NCBI GenBank assembly: GCA_963771355.1
Contig: CAVYTA010000006.1
Coordinates: 1,088,001-1,152,000 of the forward strand
Length of the DNA: 64,000 nt
Direction of reading: 5' to 3'
Source: an uncultured Candidatus Rokubacteria bacterium
GTDB taxonomy: Bacteria; Methylomirabilota; Methylomirabilia; Rokubacteriales; CSP1-6
Shown here: positions 45,138-53,995 of the stretch, one piece after another
Position numbering within the stretch: position 1 is the first letter of the stretch
Layout of the letters: every line of letters starts with the position of its first letter
Program-made: the position numbers and the translations under genes
Notes under the pieces: generated by a model
What the model was told of the DNA's origin: nothing
What the model saw: the letters and a program-made list of their open reading frames with translations, nothing else
Database searches by the model: none

Positions 45138-47384
45138 TCACGCGACGGTGGGCGCGACGTCTTCCTTGTAGCCGCAGCCGTCCTTCACGCACGCACGCGT
45201 GATCTTACCGCCGCGACCCACGCGCTCGGTGACGAACGGCGCGCCGCACTGGGGGCAGGTCTGCGCCACCGGGCGCGACCACACCGAGAAGGTGCACTGG
45301 GGGTAGTTCGCGCACGCGTAGAAGGTCTTGCCCCGCTTGCTGCGCCGCTCCACCAGCTGGCCGCCATCCTGGGGACAGGGGATGCCGAGCGGCACCGGCT
45401 TGGTGGTCTTGCACTCGGGATAGCCCGAGCAGGCTATGAACTTCCCGAAGCGGCCGTGCTTGATCACCATCGCCTTGCTGCAGGTCGGGCAGAGCTCGTC
45501 GGTGGGCTCGTCGGCGGGCCGCTCGCGGCCGCCCAGGTCCTTGGTGAACTTGCACTCCGGATAGGTCGAGCACGCGAGGAACTTCCCGAAGCGCCCCCAC
45601 TTCTCCACCAGGGGCTTGCCGCAGTCGGGACAGGGCTGACCGGCGTCCACCCCCTCCTTGAAGTTCTCCATCTTCTTGCCGGCCTTGGTGAGGTCCTTGG
45701 CGAACTCCTTGTAGAAGGCGGCCACCGTCTCCTGCCAGTCCGCATCGCCTTCCTCGATCTTGTCGAGCGACTCCTCGAGCTGGGCGGTGAACTCGACGTC
45801 CATCACCTCGGGGAAATGCGGGACCAGCATGTCGGTGACCTGGATCCCGAGCTCGGTGGGAAAGAGCGTGCCCTTGTCCCGGCGCACATACTCGCGATCC
45901 TGGATGGTGCCGAGGATCTGCGCGTAGGTCGAGGGGCGCCCGATCCCGAGATCCTCCAGCGTCTTCACCAGGGAGGCCTCGGTGTAGCGCGGCGGCGGCT
46001 GGGTGAAATGCTGCTTGGGGTCCAGCGCGCGCAGCCGCAGCGTCTCGCCCTCCACCAGGGGCGGCACCACCGCCTCCTGCTCCTCCTCCACCGGCTGCTC
46101 GGATTCCTCGCGCGACTCCACGTAGACCGCGGTGAAGCCGGCGAACTTGAGCGTCGAGCCCTGGGCGCGGAAGAGGCAGTCGCCCGCGGTGATGTCCGCG
46201 GCCACGGTATCGTACACCGCGGGCAGCATCTGGCTGGCGAGGAACCGCTCCCAGATGATCCGGTACAGCGCGAGCTGGTCCTTGGTCAGGTGCGCGGCGA
46301 GGGCCTTGGGCTCCCGGGCCACCGCGGAGGGGCGAATGGCCTCGTGCGCGTCCTGCGCGCTCTTCTTCGACTTGTAGGTGGGGGGGCTGTCGGGAAGATA
46401 CTCGCGCCCCAGCCGCTGTGCCACCCACTCGCTCGCCTCCGCCTGGGCCTCCGAGGACACGCGCACCGCGTCGGTCCGCATGTAGGTGATGAGGCCCACC
46501 TGCCCCTCGTCGCCCAGCTCGATGCCCTCGTACAGCTGCTGGGCGAGCATCATGGTCTTCTTGGCGGAGAAGTGGAGCTTCCGGCTGGCGTCCTGCTGGA
46601 GCGTGGAGGTGATGAAGGGCGCGGCGGGGTTGCGCCGACGCTCCCCGCGGGTCACCGACTTCACTCGCCACTCGGCGCCGTCCAGCGCGGTCACCACCGC
46701 CATCGTGGAGGCTTCGTCGGGGAGACTGGCCTTCTCGCCGCGCACTTCCCGCAGCGTGGCGGTGAACTCGGGCGGGTGCTGGCCGAGGAGCCGCGCGTGC
46801 AGCGACCAGTACTCCACCGGCAGGAAGGCGGCGATCTCCCGCTCGCGCTCGGTGATGAGCCGCACCGCCACCGACTGCACGCGCCCGGCGGACAACCCGC
46901 GGCGGATCTTGTCCCAGAGCAGCGGGGACAGCTTGTAGCCCACCAGCCGGTCGAGGACGCGGCGGGCCTGCTGGGCGTCCACCTTGTTCTTGTCGATCTT
47001 GCCCGGATTCAGGAAGGCGGCCTTCACCGCCCGCTCGGTGATCTCGTTGAAGAGGATGCGGTGGGTGTGCTTCCGGTCGATCCCCAGCTCCTGGGCAAGG
47101 TGCCAGCCGATGGCCTCGCCCTCGCGATCCGGGTCGGTGGCGATGTAGAGGGACGTGACCTTCTCGGCGGCCTTCTTGAGCTCGTCGAGGACCTTTTTCT
47201 TCGCGGGCAGCACCCGGTACTCGGGCTTGAATCCCTTCTTCTCGTTCACGCCGAGACTGGACTTGGGCAGATCTCGGATGTGGCCCATCGAGGCTTTGAC
47301 GATGTAGCCGGAGTCCAGATACTTCTGGATCGTCTTGACCTTGGTGGGCGACTCCACGACGACGAGCGAGCGTGTCTTGGCCAA
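45138..47384 (-). CDS. topA: DNA topoisomerase I with C-terminal zinc ribbons
   Basis: VVESPTK, ATDPDREGE, SAGRVQS, ITYMRTD, GIGRPSTY, CxxC repeats. Confidence 0.98.
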   Translation of the reverse strand: MAKTRSLVVVESPTKVKTIQKYLDSGYIVKASMGHIRDLPKSSLGVNEKKGFKPEYRVLPAKKKVLDELKKAAEKVTSLYIATDPDREGEAIGWHLAQELGIDRKHTHRILFNEITERAVKAAFLNPGKIDKNKVDAQQARRVLDRLVGYKLSPLLWDKIRRGLSAGRVQSVAVRLITEREREIAAFLPVEYWSLHARLLGQHPPEFTATLREVRGEKASLPDEASTMAVVTALDGAEWRVKSVTRGERRRNPAAPFITSTLQQDASRKLHFSAKKTMMLAQQLYEGIELGDEGQVGLITYMRTDAVRVSSEAQAEASEWVAQRLGREYLPDSPPTYKSKKSAQDAHEAIRPSAVAREPKALAAHLTKDQLALYRIIWERFLASQMLPAVYDTVAADITAGDCLFRAQGSTLKFAGFTAVYVESREESEQPVEEEQEAVVPPLVEGETLRLRALDPKQHFTQPPPRYTEASLVKTLEDLGIGRPSTYAQILGTIQDREYVRRDKGTLFPTELGIQVTDMLVPHFPEVMDVEFTAQLEESLDKIEEGDADWQETVAAFYKEFAKDLTKAGKKMENFKEGVDAGQPCPDCGKPLVEKWGRFGKFLACSTYPECKFTKDLGGRERPADEPTDELCPTCSKAMVIKHGRFGKFIACSGYPECKTTKPVPLGIPCPQDGGQLVERRSKRGKTFYACANYPQCTFSVWSRPVAQTCPQCGAPFVTERVGRGGKITRACVKDGCGYKEDVAPTVA

Positions 47385-47402
47385 CGGGCTCCTCTCAGCG
47401 GC

Positions 47403-48338
47403 TCAGCGGTGCGCGGCCCGGACAAACCGCTTCCCGGGCAGCTGCCGCACGCGTCCCTCGAGCTCGAGGGCGAGCAGGCGTGCGGCGGCGCGGGAAGCGG
47501 TGAGGCCGCTCCGCCCGATCAGCTCTTCCATGGTCACCGGCTCCGTGCCGATGAGGGCGAGCAGTGGATCCGTGTCCTGGGGATCGCTCGTACCGGCGGA
47601 TGGCGCGGGCGGTCCCGCCGCCACGCAGGCGCGCCAGCGCGCGGGCAGGAGCGCCACCACGTCCTCCCAGCTTTCGACGAGGGCCGCTCCGTCTCGGATG
47701 AGGCGATGGGTGCCGCGGCTCGAGGGCGCGCCCGCCCGCCCCGGGACCGCCATGACCTCGCGGCCGAGATCACCGGCATGGCCGGCGGTGATCAGGGTGC
47801 CGCTCTGCTCCGCCGCCTCCACCACCACCACGCCCAGCGCCAGCCCGGCGATGACCCGGTTCCGCACCGGAAAATGATGAGCCAGCGCGGGGGCGCCGGG
47901 CGCGAACTGCGACAGGAGCGCCCCCCGCTCGGCGATGCGGGCGGCGAGGCGCCGGTTCTCCGGCGGGTACACGACGTCCACTCCGCAGCCGAGCACCGCG
48001 ATGGTGCGGCCGCCGGCCTCGAGCGCGCCGCGGTGCGCCGCGCTGTCGATGCCGCGGGCCAGCCCGCTCACCACGGTGATCGCGCGCGCCGCGAGATCCC
48101 CCGCCAGCCGCTCCGCCAGCTCGAGGCCGAACGGTGTGGCGCGACGCGAGCCGACGATGGCGATCGCCAGCGCGTCCTCGGCGACCAGGCGGCCGCGGAC
48201 CCACAGGCGGTCCGGCGGAGCAGGAATCTCGCGAAGATGGGCGGGAAACTCGGCGTCGCCGAAGGCGAGCTGCCTGATGGGCGCCGGGCGGGCCACGCGC
48301 CAGCCCCGCGCGTCCTCGCGCCAGCGCTCACGCCGCAT
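47403..48338 (-). CDS. dprA: DNA-processing protein DprA (short N-terminus)
   Basis: AIVGSR, SGLARGID, FPVRNRVIAG, SGTLITA, C-terminal wHTH; start uncertain (48296-48347). Confidence 0.92.
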   Translation of the reverse strand: MRRERWREDARGWRVARPAPIRQLAFGDAEFPAHLREIPAPPDRLWVRGRLVAEDALAIAIVGSRRATPFGLELAERLAGDLAARAITVVSGLARGIDSAAHRGALEAGGRTIAVLGCGVDVVYPPENRRLAARIAERGALLSQFAPGAPALAHHFPVRNRVIAGLALGVVVVEAAEQSGTLITAGHAGDLGREVMAVPGRAGAPSSRGTHRLIRDGAALVESWEDVVALLPARWRACVAAGPPAPSAGTSDPQDTDPLLALIGTEPVTMEELIGRSGLTASRAAARLLALELEGRVRQLPGKRFVRAAHR

Positions 48339-48406
48339 AACTTCCATGTCTTCAATTAGATACATATCGTCTGTACTCGTCGCGCAACGCGTCGAGAACG
48401 GGCTCA

Positions 48407-48434
48407 AGTATACCGAAGGCCGAGAGCCGGTCAA
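48407..48434 (-). promoter_or_regulatory. Putative sigma70 promoter of the dprA-topA run
   Basis: Minus strand TTGACC-N16-TATACT. Confidence 0.6.
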
Positions 48435-48456
48435 GAAAGCGGGCCCGGCCCGCTGC

Positions 48457-49467
48457 CTAGCGCCCGCTGCGAGCGGCGCTGTCCCGGCTGCCGAGGAGGG
48501 AGCGCGCCTGGCCGGCGGCGGCGCTACCCGAGTGGTCGCGCACCACCTGCTCCCAGGCCGTGCGGGCGGCCGCCCCGTCGCCCAGCGCCCGGTGGCAGAG
48601 CCCGGTCTTGAGCAGCGCGTCGGCCACCTGGGGGCTCTTTGGATAGCCGTCGAGCACTCGCTTGAGCTCGACCAGGGACTGGCGGTAGTCGCGCTGCTGA
48701 TAGTAGGCCTCGCCGATCCAGAGCTGCGCGGACGATGCCAGCGCGTGATCGGGGAAGCGCGCGATGAGATCCGTCAGCTCGAGGACCGCCTGAGCGGGCT
48801 CCCGCGCGCGGAGATTGACCATGGCGGCGCTGAAGAGCTGCTCGGCCGACTGTGCGGAGCGCGCGGCGCTCCCCGGCTCGGACGGGGCCGCGGGCGCGGG
48901 TGCGGGCCGCAGGGAAGGCGTGGACGCGGCCGGCGGAGTGACGGACGCGCGGGGCGACGCGGGCGGCGCCCCGGGAGGCTTCGCCGCGGCTCGGGGCGGA
49001 ATCACCGGCACGGTGTGAGGCGGAGTCACGGACGGGCTCGGGGGCGGACTTGGCGGCGTCACCGGCGCCGGCGCGGGCGGAGCGGCCGCCGTTGTCGTGT
49101 CCCTGGTCGGTGTCACGGGCATGGCCACCGGGGCTGGAGGCGGCGCGGCGGCCCGCTCGCGCAGCTCGGTGCGGGCCTCCTCCAGCAGCACGCGCGCCCG
49201 CGCCAGCTCCACGCCGGCCGCACGCGTGTTCTCCGCCGCGACGGCTTCGAGGGCGCGCAGCTGGCTCTGGACGCGGGCGAGGTCGCGCGCAGTGTTCTCC
49301 TCGTGCTGCTTCACCTCGTCCATCTGGATTCTGAGCGCACCGGTCTCGACGAGCGCGCGGCGTCCCGCCTCATCGCTGGCGCAAGCGCCGAGGCCGAGCG
49401 CGAGCGCGACGCCGGCCGCCAGCCACACGCCGAGCCGGACACAGGAGGGGAGCTGGGATGCGATCAC
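48457..49467 (-). CDS. CpoB/YbgF-like TPR lipoprotein with Pro-rich linker
   Basis: Lipobox LGAC, coiled coil, long P/A/T-rich linker, TPR (AQLWIGEAYY...YPKSPQVADALLK); start uncertain. Confidence 0.8.
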   Translation of the reverse strand: MIASQLPSCVRLGVWLAAGVALALGLGACASDEAGRRALVETGALRIQMDEVKQHEENTARDLARVQSQLRALEAVAAENTRAAGVELARARVLLEEARTELRERAAAPPPAPVAMPVTPTRDTTTAAAPPAPAPVTPPSPPPSPSVTPPHTVPVIPPRAAAKPPGAPPASPRASVTPPAASTPSLRPAPAPAAPSEPGSAARSAQSAEQLFSAAMVNLRAREPAQAVLELTDLIARFPDHALASSAQLWIGEAYYQQRDYRQSLVELKRVLDGYPKSPQVADALLKTGLCHRALGDGAAARTAWEQVVRDHSGSAAAGQARSLLGSRDSAARSGR

Positions 49468-49552
49468 GATGGGGACGGTAGCACCCGCAGAAAAGAAAAG
49501 TCAAATTTCCAAGGACTTTACACCTCCAGGACCCAAGCGATAGCATGCGCGA

Positions 49553-50554
49553 ATGGACGATTCCGCCGCAGCCTTCTGGCTCTCCGCCGTGCTGACCGGG
49601 CTGGCCTTTGGCTATGTGATCCAGCGCGGGGGCTTCTGCTTGACCCGCGCCATCTCGAACCTCGCCCTCATGGGAGACGCGGGCATCCTGCGTGCGTATG
49701 TGCTGGCCATGCTGATCGCCGTGGTGGGTGTGCATGTCCTCAGCGGCCTGGGGTTGGTGGAGGTGTCGGTCCGGCCCTTTCGCTGGCTCGCCAATATCGT
49801 GGGCGGGCTCCTCTTCGGCGTGGGCATGATCCTGGCGGGCGGGTGCTCGGGGAGCACGTGGTACCGCGTGGGCGAGGGCGCCATCGGCGCCTGGGTGATT
49901 CTTCTCGGGTTCGCCATGGGTGCCACCACCGCGAATGTCGGCGCGCTGGCGCCGCTGCGTGGCTGGCTGCAGAGCCGGGAATTCGAGTTGCGTCTGGGCG
50001 ACGCGCCCCCCACCCTGCCGTCGGCGCTCGGCGTACCGCCCTGGCTGGTCATCGCCGTCCTCGGCGCCGCCGCGCTGATCTGGCTCGCGCGCGGACCCCG
50101 CGAGCCCGAGCATGGGAAATGGGCCTGGCCCCTCACGGGCGCGGCGGTAGGACTCTTGATCGCCGCGGGCTGGTGGACGTCCACGCTCGGGGGGCGCCCC
50201 GTCGGCATCACGTTCGCGGTGAACACCGGGCATGCCCTCACCTATCCGCTGGTGGGCTATCCCAACCAGGTCACGTGGAGCATGGTGCTGCTGGTCGGCA
50301 TGCCGCTCGGTGCCTTTCTCGGCGCGTGGCCGGCGGGCGATTTCCGCTGGAAGCTTCCGCCCGGCTGGAGCCTGGTGAAGATCTTCGGCGGCGGGCTGCT
50401 GATGGGCGCCTCGGCGCTGGTCGCCGACGGCTGCAATATCACCCAGGGTCTCACCAACTCGGCCACGCTCAGCATGGGCAGCCTGGCCGCCTTCGTCTCC
50501 ATGTGCGCGGGCGGGTGGCTGACGCTCTGGGCCCTGTATCTGCGGAAGGGCTGA
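49553..50554 (+). CDS. YeeE/YedE (TsuA-like) sulfur-compound transporter
   Basis: QRGGFC, LAGGCSG and ADGCNI Cys motifs; multi-TM. Confidence 0.88.
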   Translation: MDDSAAAFWLSAVLTGLAFGYVIQRGGFCLTRAISNLALMGDAGILRAYVLAMLIAVVGVHVLSGLGLVEVSVRPFRWLANIVGGLLFGVGMILAGGCSGSTWYRVGEGAIGAWVILLGFAMGATTANVGALAPLRGWLQSREFELRLGDAPPTLPSALGVPPWLVIAVLGAAALIWLARGPREPEHGKWAWPLTGAAVGLLIAAGWWTSTLGGRPVGITFAVNTGHALTYPLVGYPNQVTWSMVLLVGMPLGAFLGAWPAGDFRWKLPPGWSLVKIFGGGLLMGASALVADGCNITQGLTNSATLSMGSLAAFVSMCAGGWLTLWALYLRKG

Positions 50555-50557
50555 GCC

Positions 50558-51781
50558 TCAGGATTCCCGCAGCAGCATGACGGGCACCGTCTCGCCGGCG
50601 GCCACCGTGGTGTCACCGGGCACGATCGCCAGTCCGTCCGCGGCGGACATGGAGCGGAGGATGCCGGAGCCCTGCCCCCCGGTGAGCTGCGCGCCGAGCC
50701 CGCCGTTCTCCTCCGTGAGCGTGACGCGGAGATAGCCGCGGCGCCGCCCGGGATTGGCGATGGGCGCCAGCGCGCGCGCGGGGCGCACGGGCCGTCCGAG
50801 CCGGGCATGGCCGCCCATGCGGCGGATGGCGGGACGCACGAAGAGCTCGAAGGTCACCATGGCCGAGACGGGATTGCCCGGGAGCCCGAACACCGGCAAG
50901 GTCCCCTTGGGCGGCGAGGCCAGCGTGGCGAAGGTGATGGGCTTGCCCGGCCGCATGTCCACCAGCCAGAGATGCTGCTCGGCACCCAGCGCGGCCAGCG
51001 CGGCCTTGACGTGATCGTGCTCGCCCACCGAGACGCCCGCGGAGGAGATGAGGAGGTCGGCGCCCCGCCCCCAGGCGAGCCGAGCCTCGATCTCGTCCTG
51101 CCGGTCACGGGCCACCCCGAGATTGAGCGGCTCGGCGCCCGCCGAGCGGACCTGGGCCATCAGCGAGTAGGTGTTGGAGTTCGGGATCTGGCCCGGGCCC
51201 ACGGAGGCGCCGAGATCCGCCACCTCGTCCCCGGTGGAGAGAATCCCCACCACCGGCCGCCGGATCACCGCGACCCGACTCCGCCCGACCGTTGCGAGCA
51301 CGCCGAGGTCGGCGGGCGAGAGCGCGCGGCCGGGCTCGAAGAGCCGGTCGCCCGGTCGCATGTCCTCGCCGCGCGGCCGCACGTAGTCGCCGGGGGCGAG
51401 TGGCCGTGACACGCGTACCACCGTCCCCTCTACCGTCACGTCCTCCTGCGGGATCACCGCGTCCGCCCCCGCCGGCAGCGGCGCGCCGGTGAAGATGCGA
51501 AAGGTCTCGCCCGGATTCAGAGGGCGCTCGGCCAGCCGGCCGGCGGGCACATGGCCGGCCAGGGTGAGGCGCGCGGGCCGGCCGGCGTCGGCGCCCTGAG
51601 TGTCGGCGCTGCGCAGCGCATAGCCGTCCATGGAGGAGTTCGGCCAGGGGGGGATGTCGCGCTCGGCCACCACCGGCTCGGCGAGCACGCGGTCCAGCGA
51701 GTCGAGCAGGGCCACGCGCTCGTCACCCAGGACGGTGATGCGGGAGAGGATGCGCTCGAGGGCCTCTTCGACCGGGATCAC
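50558..51781 (-). CDS. moeA: Molybdopterin molybdenumtransferase
   Basis: SSMDGYA, IFTGAPLP, STGDE, SAGVSVGEHD, PGKP, LPGNPVS. Confidence 0.96.
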   Translation of the reverse strand: MIPVEEALERILSRITVLGDERVALLDSLDRVLAEPVVAERDIPPWPNSSMDGYALRSADTQGADAGRPARLTLAGHVPAGRLAERPLNPGETFRIFTGAPLPAGADAVIPQEDVTVEGTVVRVSRPLAPGDYVRPRGEDMRPGDRLFEPGRALSPADLGVLATVGRSRVAVIRRPVVGILSTGDEVADLGASVGPGQIPNSNTYSLMAQVRSAGAEPLNLGVARDRQDEIEARLAWGRGADLLISSAGVSVGEHDHVKAALAALGAEQHLWLVDMRPGKPITFATLASPPKGTLPVFGLPGNPVSAMVTFELFVRPAIRRMGGHARLGRPVRPARALAPIANPGRRRGYLRVTLTEENGGLGAQLTGGQGSGILRSMSAADGLAIVPGDTTVAAGETVPVMLLRES

Positions 51782-51818
51782 GCCGCCATTCTACCCCGGC
51801 GGCGGGCCCGGGCTCGGC

Positions 51819-52970
51819 TCAGCGGCCCTGATCGAGACGCGCGCCGTACCGCTGCAGGAAGCGATAGCGGCTCAGCACGAACAGCGCGAAGAACCCGGCG
51901 GTGATGAGGAGCTCGGAGAGCCCGATGGGAAAGCGGTTCACCTTCGACACCGACGGGAAGACGAGGAGGCAACGCTCGAGGAACATCGCCGTCCACCCCA
52001 TGAAGAGAATCACCATCAGGGGCTTGTGGGCGGTGGGCGGGCGTCCGGTGAGGCGCTTGAGCAGATAGCCGAAAGGGATCAGCCAGCCCACGATGAAGAT
52101 CACGAAGGCCATGGTCCGCCACGGATCCTCGAAGAACCGGCGCAGGAAGAAGCGCGTCTCCACGGGCACGTTCCCGAACCAGATCACCAGGTACTGGGAG
52201 AAGAAGAAGTAGATCCACATCACGCACATCGCGAAGGTGAGCTTGGCCACGTCCTGGATAGCCGACGGCGACACCCGGGTGAGCCCCCGGGCATTGGCGC
52301 GGATGGTGAGGAAGGTGACGAGGCCGAAGCCGACGTAGAGCGAGCTGACCACGTAGTAGCCGCCGAGAAGGCCGCTGTACCAGGTGGGGTCGAGCGACAT
52401 CACGAGGTCGAAGCCCCAGAGGGACAGCACCACCACGAAGAGGGTCAGGAGGATGCCGGCGAGCTTGTTGCGGCGGTTGGTGGCGGCGGTCTCGTCACCG
52501 CCCGTCCCCTCCGCGAACACCGCCCGCGAGAACGTCAGGGCCACCCAGTAGAGCAGGAACACCCCCAGGCTGTTGCGCAGGGTGAAGAAGGCGACGTTCA
52601 GCCACTGATGCTTCTTCTCCACCAGCGCCGGATTGCTCACCCACGGAAACAGCGAGCCCAGCCCGAGGAAGAGGAGGATGAGGAAGAGCACGAAGGAGAT
52701 GGGCAGGAAGGCGCCGGTGCTCAGCGCCACCCGCTTCACCGAGGGGGACCAGCGCGCCTCGGTCAACTGCATCATGGCCGCCAGCGCGGGCCCCACGATG
52801 GCCAGGCTCGACCAGAACAGGAGGTTGACGAGATAGGTGGCCCACGCGTGGCTCGCCTCCCCCCGCGTGATGCCGTGCACGAAGGCGGCCGCGCCGAGTA
52901 CCGCGAGGACGCCCAGCACCAGCGTGGAGCCCTTGGAGGGCGCCGTCTCCGTCATCGTGGTCGCGCTCAT
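51819..52970 (-). CDS. actF: Alternative complex III membrane subunit ActF
   Basis: About 10 TM; FDLVMSLDPTWYS, YFFFSQYLVIWFGNVPVE. Confidence 0.85.
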   Translation of the reverse strand: MSATTMTETAPSKGSTLVLGVLAVLGAAAFVHGITRGEASHAWATYLVNLLFWSSLAIVGPALAAMMQLTEARWSPSVKRVALSTGAFLPISFVLFLILLFLGLGSLFPWVSNPALVEKKHQWLNVAFFTLRNSLGVFLLYWVALTFSRAVFAEGTGGDETAATNRRNKLAGILLTLFVVVLSLWGFDLVMSLDPTWYSGLLGGYYVVSSLYVGFGLVTFLTIRANARGLTRVSPSAIQDVAKLTFAMCVMWIYFFFSQYLVIWFGNVPVETRFFLRRFFEDPWRTMAFVIFIVGWLIPFGYLLKRLTGRPPTAHKPLMVILFMGWTAMFLERCLLVFPSVSKVNRFPIGLSELLITAGFFALFVLSRYRFLQRYGARLDQGR

Positions 52971-53488
52971 TTCTTGGCCAGGGTGCGGACGTAGTTGACG
53001 AGGTCCCAGCGCTCCTCGGGCGAGAGCGCCTCCGCGTATGGCGGCATCAGGGGGCCGCCCACCGAGAGCTGATGCTGCCAGAAGCCGTCACTCCGCGACT
53101 TGTGCAGATCGGGATTGGTCAGGTCCACCGAGGGCACGAACTTGGTGGTCACCAGCCCGTCGCCCTTCCCGGTGGCCCCGTGGCAGGGCGTGCAGTAGAT
53201 CACCCAGAGCCCTTCGCCTTTCTTCACCGACTGGGGGCTGGCCGCCACCGGGTTGCGGCGCGCCGCCGCGGTCTCCCGCTCCTCCTTGGCGTAGACGACC
53301 TCGCCCCCCTCGCGCGGCAGGCTGCCCGCCGGCATCGCAAAGGCGCGCTCGCCCGGCTGCACCCGCTGCGTGACGGTCATGTTGTCCTGCCAGCGCAACA
53401 CGATGACGCCGAGCTGCACCGCGGCAACGGCGCCGCACAGGCCCAGGGCCAAGACGAAGAGGAGGCGGAGGCCGTACTTCTTGATCAC
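52967..53488 (-). CDS. actE: Monoheme cytochrome c, ActE-like
   Basis: Single CTPCH, distal MPPY, ERWDLVNYVR; N-terminal membrane anchor. Confidence 0.85.
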   Translation of the reverse strand: MIKKYGLRLLFVLALGLCGAVAAVQLGVIVLRWQDNMTVTQRVQPGERAFAMPAGSLPREGGEVVYAKEERETAAARRNPVAASPQSVKKGEGLWVIYCTPCHGATGKGDGLVTTKFVPSVDLTNPDLHKSRSDGFWQHQLSVGGPLMPPYAEALSPEERWDLVNYVRTLAKK

Positions 53489-53994
53489 CGCCGGACCTCC
53501 TCGGCGCCGGCGGCGGACAGCAGCGCGGACACCGCCTGCGCGCGCTCGGGCGGACAGGCCACCGACACCCCGAAGCGGTCGAGAGTGAAGCGCGGGTCAT
53601 AGCTCGACGAGGGGCGGAGCTTGGGCAGACGGCCGAGCATGAGGAGGGCGAGGAGGGTCGCCAGGCCCCCGAACAGGATGGTGAGCTCGAACCCGATGAT
53701 GATGAAGGGCGGGATGGACACCGGCGCCTTGCCGCCGGTGATGAGCTCCCACTTCAGCGAGGTCCAGATGGTGAGGAAGAAGCCGGTGGCGGTGCCGGTG
53801 AGGGCCCCGACGAGGGTGAAGAAGCGCACCTTGGAGAGCGGCCGGACGTGCTCGATCTCCTCCTCGATCTCCTCCACCGGCACCGGGGTGTACACGGTGA
53901 GGTCCGCGTAGCCCTTGGCCCGCAGCTCGCGGACGGCCTGGAGCGTGGTGTCCACGTGGGCGAAGACGCCGAGGACGCTGGTGGCGGCGGCCAT
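53485..53994 (-). CDS. actD: ACIII subunit ActD (DUF3341)
   Basis: YTPVPV, GGK, PPFIIIGFELTILF, YDPRFTLDRFG. Confidence 0.88.
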   Translation of the reverse strand: MAAATSVLGVFAHVDTTLQAVRELRAKGYADLTVYTPVPVEEIEEEIEHVRPLSKVRFFTLVGALTGTATGFFLTIWTSLKWELITGGKAPVSIPPFIIIGFELTILFGGLATLLALLMLGRLPKLRPSSSYDPRFTLDRFGVSVACPPERAQAVSALLSAAGAEEVRR

Positions 53995-53995
53995 C

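Noticed and set aside
48330..48357. dif-like site (..CGCATAA-N6-..)
   Set aside because: The left arm resembles the XerC arm, but the right arm matches the TTATGTTAAAT XerD arm poorly.
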